Of a DNA stretch of 64,000 bases, positions 56,340 through 64,000 are shown piece by piece. The DNA comes from Eledone cirrhosa (Eukaryota), in assembly GCA_964016885.1 (NCBI GenBank), contig OZ024756.1, positions 42,656,001-42,720,000 on the forward strand, given 5' to 3'. Within the stretch, counting starts at the first letter, position 1. Each line of letters begins with the position of its first letter. The notes beneath the pieces were generated by a model, which worked only from the letters and a program-made list of their open reading frames with translations, had not been told where the DNA came from and ran no database searches. Both the position numbers and the translations under genes were made by a program.

Positions 56340-57310
56340 TTCAGTAATCCTGATATGGCCGATCTGGGCTGTATCAGTGATATTAACCCCCAACACACTA
56401 TATCGGACATAATATTTGGCGCCCCTGATGTCTTAGCGGCAATAAACGAAATTAAACACAATTCAGCAGTAGTCCCCGACAGGTTCCCTGCTTGTGTTCT
56501 GAAGGTGTGTCGACACCAACTTGCATCTCCTCTTGCTAATCTGTAGAGGACCTCACTGTATACTGGCTATATTCCTGAAAACTTTCTGTCCCAGTCTGTT
56601 GTCCCAGTTTTCAAAAAGGGATATAGGTCTCTTGCAGTGAACTACCGTTGGATCTCACTCACCTCGCATATTATCAAGGTATTTGAGAGGGTAGTCAGAT
56701 CACAAATAACCCACTTTCTTGAAAGCAACAGCCTGCTTAATTCCAACCAGCTCCTGCATCACTTTGATGATGTTTTGAGAGCTTTGGGAGAGGGCTCCAA
56801 CACTGATGCCATCTACCTTGATTTCAGCATGTCTTTCACAGGGTTGATCATAAGATTCTATTGAAAACACTATCCAATATTGGTGTCTCTGGAAAATTAC
56901 TATAGTGGATCAAGTGTTTCCTGACAGACAGAGCCTAACATGTTGTAGTCGAAGGAGTAACATCAAGTCCAGCCAAAATCAGCAGTGGTGTCCCACAAGG
57001 CACTGTGTTGGGCCCATTTCTTTTCATCATCTACATTAATGACATTACTGACATCATTAAGCACAGTAACATAAGAATATTCGCAGATGATTCCAAGCTC
57101 CAAAGGGTCATCAATGAGGTGGTTGACCGGACTGGCTGTTATCCAATGTGCAGAAATGAATATGCTGTTGAATGAGGATAAGTTTGAGTTAATCCACTTT
57201 GGAAAAAAGGATGCCCTGAAACTACCATACTCTCTTCCTTCAGGTGAAATTCTCATGGCATCTAACAACATCAAAGACTTGGGAGTAATTGTGGACAACA
57301 TAAGCTGGTC
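56340..57310 (+). mobile_element. Degenerate CR1/L2-group LINE reverse transcriptase
   Basis: [38 protein letters not shown]. Confidence 0.88.
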
Positions 57311-57461
57311 TTTTTTTACAGGTCCTCAAAATGTCTTTGTGCATTGCAACGTTTAGTCTAAGAGAAAATATCTGCAGTCAGAAGAGCTATCTTTGTGTTT
57401 TAATACAACCTTGTTTTGTGTATTAATTGGTTCATGTGGATAGTTTCCCTCTGTATGGTAA

Positions 57462-59357
57462 TTAAAGAACTGTTGTTGCTTTTGTTGTTGGTAGTGGTGT
57501 TGTAGTTGACATTAATGGTGGTGGTGGTGGTGTTGTTGTTGTTGGTAGTGGTGTTGTAGTTGACATTAATGGTGGTGGTGGTGGTGTTGTTGGTAGTGGT
57601 GTTGTAGTTGTTGGTAGTGGTGTTGTTGTTGTTGGTAGTGGTGTTGTAGTTGTTGGTAGTGGTGTTGTTGTTGTTGGTAGTGGTGTTGTAGTTGTTGGTA
57701 GTGGTGTTGTTGTTGTTGGTAGTGGTGTTGTAGTTGTTGGTAGTGGTGTTGTTGTTGTTGGTAGTGGTGTTGTAGTTGTTGGTAGTGGTGTTGTAGTTGT
57801 TGGTAGTGGTGTTGTTGTTGTTGGTAGTGGTGTTGTTGTTGTTGGTAGTGGTGTTGTAGTTGTTGGTAGTGGTGTTGTAGTTGTTGGTAGTGGTGTTGTT
57901 GTTGGTAGTGGTGTTGTAGTTGTTGGTAGTGGTGTTGTAGTTGACATTAATGGTGGTGGTGGTGGTGTTGTTGGTAGTGGTGTTGTTGTTGGTAGTGGTG
58001 TTGTAGTTGTTGGTAGTGGTGTTGTAGTTGACATTAATGGTGGTGGTGGTGGTGTTGTTGGTAGTGGTGTTGTAGTTGTTGGTAGTGGTGTTGTTGTTGT
58101 TGGTAGTGGTGTTGTTGTTGGTAGTGGTGTTGTTGTTGTTGGTAGTGGTGTTGTAGTTGTTGGTAGTGGTGTTGTAGTTGTTGGTAGTGGTGTTGTAGTT
58201 GTTGGTAGTGGTGTTGTTGTTGTTGGTAGTGGTGTTGTAGTTGTTGGTAGTGGTGTTGTTGTTGTTGGTAGTGGTGTTGTTGTTGTTGGTAGTGGTGTTG
58301 TTGTTGTTGGTAGTGGTGTTGTTGTTGTTGGTAGTGGTGTTGTTGTTGTTGGTAGTGGTGTTGTAGTTGTTGGTAGTGGTGTTGTTGTTGTTGGTAGTGG
58401 TGTTGTTGTTGTTGGTAGTGGTGTTGTTGTTGTTGGTAGTGGTGTTGTTGTTGTTGGTAGTGGTGTTGTTGTTGTTGGTAGTGGTGTTGTTGTTGTTGGT
58501 AGTGGTGTTGTTGTTGTTGGTAGTGGTGTTGTTGTTGTTGGTAGTGGTGTTGTTGTTGTTGGTAGTGGTGTTGTTGTTGTTGGTAGTGGTGTTGTAGTTG
58601 TTGGTAGTGGTGTTGTAGTTGTTGGTAGTGGTGTTGTTGTTGTTGGTAGTGGTGTTGTTGTTGTTGGTAGTGGTGTTGTTGTTGTTGGTAGTGGTGTTGT
58701 TGTTGTTGGTAGTGGTGTTGTTGTTGTTGGTAGTGGTGTTGTTGTTGTTGGTAGTGGTGTTGTTGTTGTTGGTAGTGGTGTTGTAGTTGTTGGTAGTGGT
58801 GTTGTAGTTGTTGGTAGTGGTGTTGTAGTTGTTGGTAGTGGTATTGTTGTTGTTGGTAGTGGTGTTGTAGTTGTTGGTAGTGGTGTTGTAGTTGTTGGTA
58901 GTGGTGTTGTTGTTGTTGGTAGTGGTGTTGTTGTTGGTAGTGGTGTTGTAGTTGTTGGTAGTGGTGTTGTTGTTGTTGGTAGTGGTGTTGTAGTTGTTGG
59001 TAGTGGTATTGTTGTTGTTGGTAGTGGTGTTGTTGTTGTTGGTAGTGGTGTTGTTGTTGTTGGTAGTGGTGTTGTAGTTGTTGGTAGTGGTGTTGTTGTT
59101 GTTGGTAGTGGTGTTGTTGTTGGTAGTGGTGTTGTAGTTGTTGGTAGTGGTGTTGTTGTTGTTGGTAGTGGTGTTGTAGTTGTTGGTAGTGGTATTGTTG
59201 TTGTTGGTAGTGGTGTTGTTGTTGTTGGTAGTGGTGTTGTTGTTGTTGGTAGTGGTGTTGTAGTTGACATTAATGGTGGTAGTGGTGCTGTCGTTGATAG
59301 TGTGGTAGTCAACAGTAATGGTGGTGGTGTTGTAGATTTTGTTGTTGTTGTTACCAC
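57462..59357 (-). repeat. About 1.9-kb 21/18-bp minisatellite reading as (PLPTTTT)n, inside the terminal exon region of copy A
   Basis: Both flanks are homologous to the copy B terminal exon region (about 31965-32470); a TGA precedes the Pro/Thr frame just after the acceptor at 59407. Confidence 0.9.
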
Positions 59358-60265
59358 TGTTGTTCTTTTTGTTCCTGTATGGGTTTTATCTCAATTGATG
59401 CTCAACCCTGTTGGAAAATAAGCAAAACAGTTGTCAGATATGTTGTCTCTACTGCCACACACTGTAATAAACAACCTTTAATTTAGTCTCTGTCTTATCC
59501 TATATATATATATATATGGGTATCTATGAAAGCATGGAAAAGCCGTCGTAAAAACGATGATGCTGATTTCATGACTTTACTCAAATTCATGGTGCTAATA
59601 GATTCATTGACTGAGCTGTTTTTTCACACACACCTTCTATGTATATTTAACATGTGGAGGTTATAACACTTTCCTTTGGCTGAATAGCATCTGGATGTTA
59701 AAACACCTGCCAAGGGCTGGATATCACATGGGTGTTAAGTGTTCAAAAGAGAAGAGTGTGCTGGTATGGACATGTGATATGTATACCATTGGGTGAAAAA
59801 GTGCCAAGAAATCCCAGTCGAAGAAAGCTGCAGTAAAGGTAGACCAAGGACAAGCTAAGCAGAGGTGATTAGAGCTAATGACAATTGAAGAGAAAAATAA
59901 AACATACAGCAAGACATGTTTTTAAGGGAACAACTTAAAACAAGAAGTTAAAATTAACAAAATTGTTTAAGACTAGTGGTTTTAATTATATTTTCTTGTT
60001 TTAATGTTCTATATGATGTGGTAAGTGGTAACTAAATAATTGACATCAGGAAGGGCATCTGGATGTAAAACATTGTCACAAAACATCACATACAAACACT
60101 GATAGATGGAAAAGTCAACATAAAAACGATAATGTACTTACATTTCCTCTCTCTTCACAAAACTTCTAATTAAAAAACTGTAGTTATATTTATATTAAAT
60201 TAATCTGAAATCATTACAGCTTGTTAGAGAAAAATATTTAAATCTGAAAGTTGTATATTACTAAC

Positions 60266-60382
60266 CTGTTGACTCCTTTAACTGGTAAATAACAAAGAAC
60301 TAAATAAAAAAAAAGACAAGTACGTTAAATGCTATAACTCCAAGGTTGATACCAGCAGTAGTTCCACGACTTGATTCACCAG
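60266..60382 (-). pseudogene. Copy A, TM-homologous exon with TAG at 60300-60302, giving a GPI-signal-like end
   Basis: Ungapped 117-nt alignment to 35245-35361; TGESSRGTTAGINLGVIAFNVLVFFFI*. Confidence 0.7.
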
Positions 60383-61854
60383 CTATCAAGATAGAAAATA
60401 TGAGCAATATGTTTATTTCTAATATAGCCACATGATTTCAAATTTGGTGGGAAGGTTATAGTTGATTATATGAACCCCAGTATTTCACTGGTACTTTATT
60501 TTATCAATCCCAGAAAGGTGAAAAACCAAGTTGTCCTCAACAGGATTTAAACTCAGAAAGTATAGAAGCAGGACAAATACCACAAAGCATTTTGTCCAAC
60601 GTTCTAACAACAGAAATAATAATAATTTCTAACATTTCAAATAACTAGCAGAAAAACCACCCTTCGGGTAGTTTTCTGCTAGCTTGTGTAGTGTGCATAT
60701 TGATATTTTATGCAAATATATATACATGTAGATATACGTCAAATAAAATCTTAATTGACAATATTAACAGAAATTGAAGAGAGACTGTGTTACACTCTCT
60801 TCAGTAATCAGTGAAGTAATCCATGATACATTTAAAAAAGACGATATTATATATAAACTCCATTATGGTGAAATTTAATGAAAACGGAAAAGGAGAAAAT
60901 TAGCAACGGAAATATAAATGTTATGATATAACGATGCAAATATATGAATGTTTATATAAGTTACATTACATAGCTAATGGACACTAACTGGAAGTGTAGA
61001 CATTTAAAGATTTTAAAAGAAGTAAATCTTAAAATAAGCAATCATTAATAATAAGAATATTTATATTTCATCAACAGATACGAAATCTAGTACATAAATT
61101 ATGTAATATTCATTCATTATTTATTCAAAATAATCCAACTTATTTTACTAACGGGATACAAAAATATATTCAGGATACAGTCCCGCATTCCTCCCTTTAT
61201 TATATTATGATTCTTGATACAGGGCCAATAATATAGAGGAAGAGGAAAGTCTATTTTCAACCCCAATATTTATCTGGTACTTTATTTTATTAATCACAGC
61301 TTTAACACTACGGACATCTCATCAGAATGTCTCAGGAAATAATCACTGGACTGATTTTATGGGGGCAAAACTAAATGGAGAGAGACCCAAGTGTAGACAC
61401 CTAGCAAGATGTTTGGATAACATCCATGAGCTCAGCTGGTCTAGCTTGGAGATCCAGCCAAATCAGTTGGAAATAATTACTTCTGACATGAATACAACCT
61501 GCTAGATAGCATGCTTGAGAACTCTACCTCAACAACCCTCCCAGGAAGAAGTCGATGATGAAGAAGAAGAAGCATGGAGACTGATGGAGAGAAACAAGGA
61601 GAATGAGGTGGTGTGTGTGTGTGTGACAGTAAAATGTGTATCTCCTTTGTTCAATCTATGTTGGTATTGTAGTTCATATACTAAGGTTTCCAGCCAGTCA
61701 TATTCATCATCACCATTACCATCATTCCACTCTAGTATGTGTTAGATTGGTTGCCTCATTAGAGGTAAGTTGGGTCAGGTGACCATGCCTTGCACATATA
61801 GAACTATTTCTGGCTTGGTTTCTACAGCTGGATGCCCTTCCTAATGCCCACCAT

Positions 61855-62750
61855 ATTTGTAGTGTGGTGGGTACCTTTTGTTGTGACTCCTACATGACCA
61901 CTTTACAGTGTGGTGGGTACTTTTTGTTGTGACTCCTACATGACCACTTTACAGTGTGGTGAGTTCTTTTGGTTGTGACTCCTACATGACCACTTTACAG
62001 TGTGGTGAGTTCTTTTGGTTGTGACTCCTACATGACCACTTTATAGTGTGGTGGGTACCTTTTGGCTGTGGCTCCTACATGACCACTTTACAGTGTGGTG
62101 GGTACCTTTTGTTGTGGCTCCTACATGACCACTTTACAGTGTGGTAAGTACCTTTTGTTGTGGCTCCTACATGACCACTTTACAGTGTGGTGAGTACTTT
62201 TGGTTGTGACTCCTACATGACCACTTTATAGTGTGGTGGGTACCTTTTGGTTGTGACTCCTACATGACCACTTTATAGTGTGGTGGGTACCTTTTGGTTG
62301 TGACTCCTACATGACCACTTTATAGTGTGGTGGGTACCTTTTGGTTGTGACTCCTACATGACCACTTTATAGTGTGGTGGGTACCTTTTGGTTGTGACTC
62401 CTACATGACCACTTTATAGTGTGGTGGGTACCTTTTGGTTGTGGCTCCTACATGACCACTTTACAGTGTGGTAAGTACCTTTTGTTGTGGCTCCTACATG
62501 ACCACTTTATAGTGTGGTGAGTTCTTTTGGTTGTGACTGCTACATGACCACTTTACAGTGTGGTTGGTACCTTTTGGTTGTGACTCCTACATGACCACTT
62601 TACAGTGTGGTGGGTACCTTTTGGTTGTGACTCCTACATGACCACTTTACAGTGTGGTGGGTACCTTTTGGTTGTGTCTGCTACATGACCACTTTACAGT
62701 GTAGTGGGTACCTTTTGGTTGTGTCTGCTACATGACCACTTTACAGTGTG
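61855..62750. repeat. 46-47-bp minisatellite (about 19 units) derived from an RTE-associated 3' sequence
   Basis: Unit CTACATGACCACTTTACAGTGTGGTGGGTACCTTTTGGTTGTGACTC; preceded by TTTCTACAGCTGGATGCCCTTCCTAA, as at about 32610, 40995 and 42150. Confidence 0.92.
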
Positions 62751-63220
62751 TACTTGAAGAGTGTTGTTGTGTCACCTACAGCACCACATTGTTTTGAGTG
62801 GATGGTTGTGTATATGTAAGATGGGGAATGGAGAGCTGGCTCTAAGGTGAGACCTTAATTGTAGCTGTGATAATGAAGGTAGTAGAGTGGTTACAATGAT
62901 GATGATGATGAACATGGTTGTAGTGGCAGTCATAGTGATAGTAGTTAAACTGATCAAGATTGTGAAAGTATAAATCCAAACACAAACACAGCAGTACAGG
63001 AATATGTACACACTTAATCAAATATATGAATAATTATGTATTTCAAACATATACATATTCTCACATGGAAACATACAATCATGCATATATACACACATGC
63101 ATGTATTGATAGAGGCAGACATGTATATAAAAATAGGGAACCCCTCTCATCTATACATGCACACACATTCAGATATATATACACAGAAATGTAATACATA
63201 AAAGAAAATAATTTGCTTAC

Positions 63221-63528
63221 TTTTTTCTGTAGGATAGACTAGAAAGGCTAGTTTCATTTTAAATGCTGAACAGGTGATGGTTATATTGGGGTAGTCATCA
63301 ATTGTTACGTTGTAGTCAAACTGTGACTCTAATGAAACATAACAATTGTTAATTTTTGGAACATTCACAGTTTTTTTACTGACTTCTGTTTCGTTCCTTT
63401 GATGTGTTACACTCCATTTAAACTGGACAGACTTTTGCGAATTTGTGGCAACATTTGCACTACATCTGAAGGTAGATATCTGATTAAGTTGCAATTGTCA
63501 GACCACAGATTTTTCAGAGCAGATTTCA
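63221..63528 (-). pseudogene. Copy A, Ig-like domain 2 exon with a frameshift near 63495
   Basis: Same splice sites as B exon 4 but 308 nt long; VKSALKNLWSDN then a frame change to LQLNQISTFRCSAN...QFKW...NNCY...ITCS. Confidence 0.78.
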
Positions 63529-63877
63529 CTGAAAAGATAAAATGTAAATCTTAGTAAAATAAATAATTGTTTCTACTTTTGACACAAGGCCAGCAATTAC
63601 ACAGTACATTACTGGTACTTTATTTTATCGACCCCGTAAGGATGAAAGGCAAAGTTGACCTCGGCGGGATAATTTTCACATATATTGCAATACAATTTAG
63701 GAAATAAGGACACCAGTAGATAAAAATCAAGCTAATACAACCATGTACACTTTCATATATTTTACATACACACATCTAATGGTAACAAGAGCGAATGTAT
63801 AAAAATACATGATTCGATCTCTTAACCCCTCCACACTTACATCTAACGTAAAACTGATACACATATATATATTTATG

Positions 63878-63913
<36 letters not shown>

Positions 63914-64000
63914 CCAAAATCAGTTCTGTGAGAGCAAAACACGATCCTCCAACCTGGCTGTCTCACAACAGGATAGCACGTCCTACCCATGCTAGAGTGG

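Noticed and set aside
57462-59357. 631-aa ORF as a stand-alone mucin gene
   Set aside because: Starts at GTG, has no signal peptide, is preceded by a stop and lies in the terminal exon region of copy A; kept only as a possible isoform.
61855-62750. Regular 47-bp repeats resembling a CRISPR array
   Set aside because: No unique spacers, no cas genes, eukaryotic context; it is a tandem minisatellite.

Overview
This is AT-rich, repeat-dense eukaryotic DNA. Long (TA)n tracts, tRNA-derived SINEs, RTE/CR1/CRE/Vingi LINE relics, Penelope-like elements and non-autonomous Helitrons suggest a mollusc, probably a coleoid cephalopod (inference only). Hidden among the repeats, and largely missed by the ORF track, is a minus-strand tandem cluster of four paralogous multi-exon genes for immunoglobulin-like cell-surface proteins, named here A-D from right to left. 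Copy B (32236-51888) can be spliced by hand into an intact 379-aa protein: leader, Ig1, Ig2, TM helix and a repetitive cytoplasmic tail. Copy A (3' half only in the window) has an Ig2 frameshift and a TGG>TAG change that leaves a GPI-signal-like C-terminus. Copies C and D are leader+Ig1 units with no Ig2/TM exon visible after them; C is a pseudogene and D is intact. The Ig exons are much more divergent than the adjacent introns. Several hammerhead ribozyme motifs and a conserved intronic hairpin are also present. All gene models were derived by eye, without transcript evidence.
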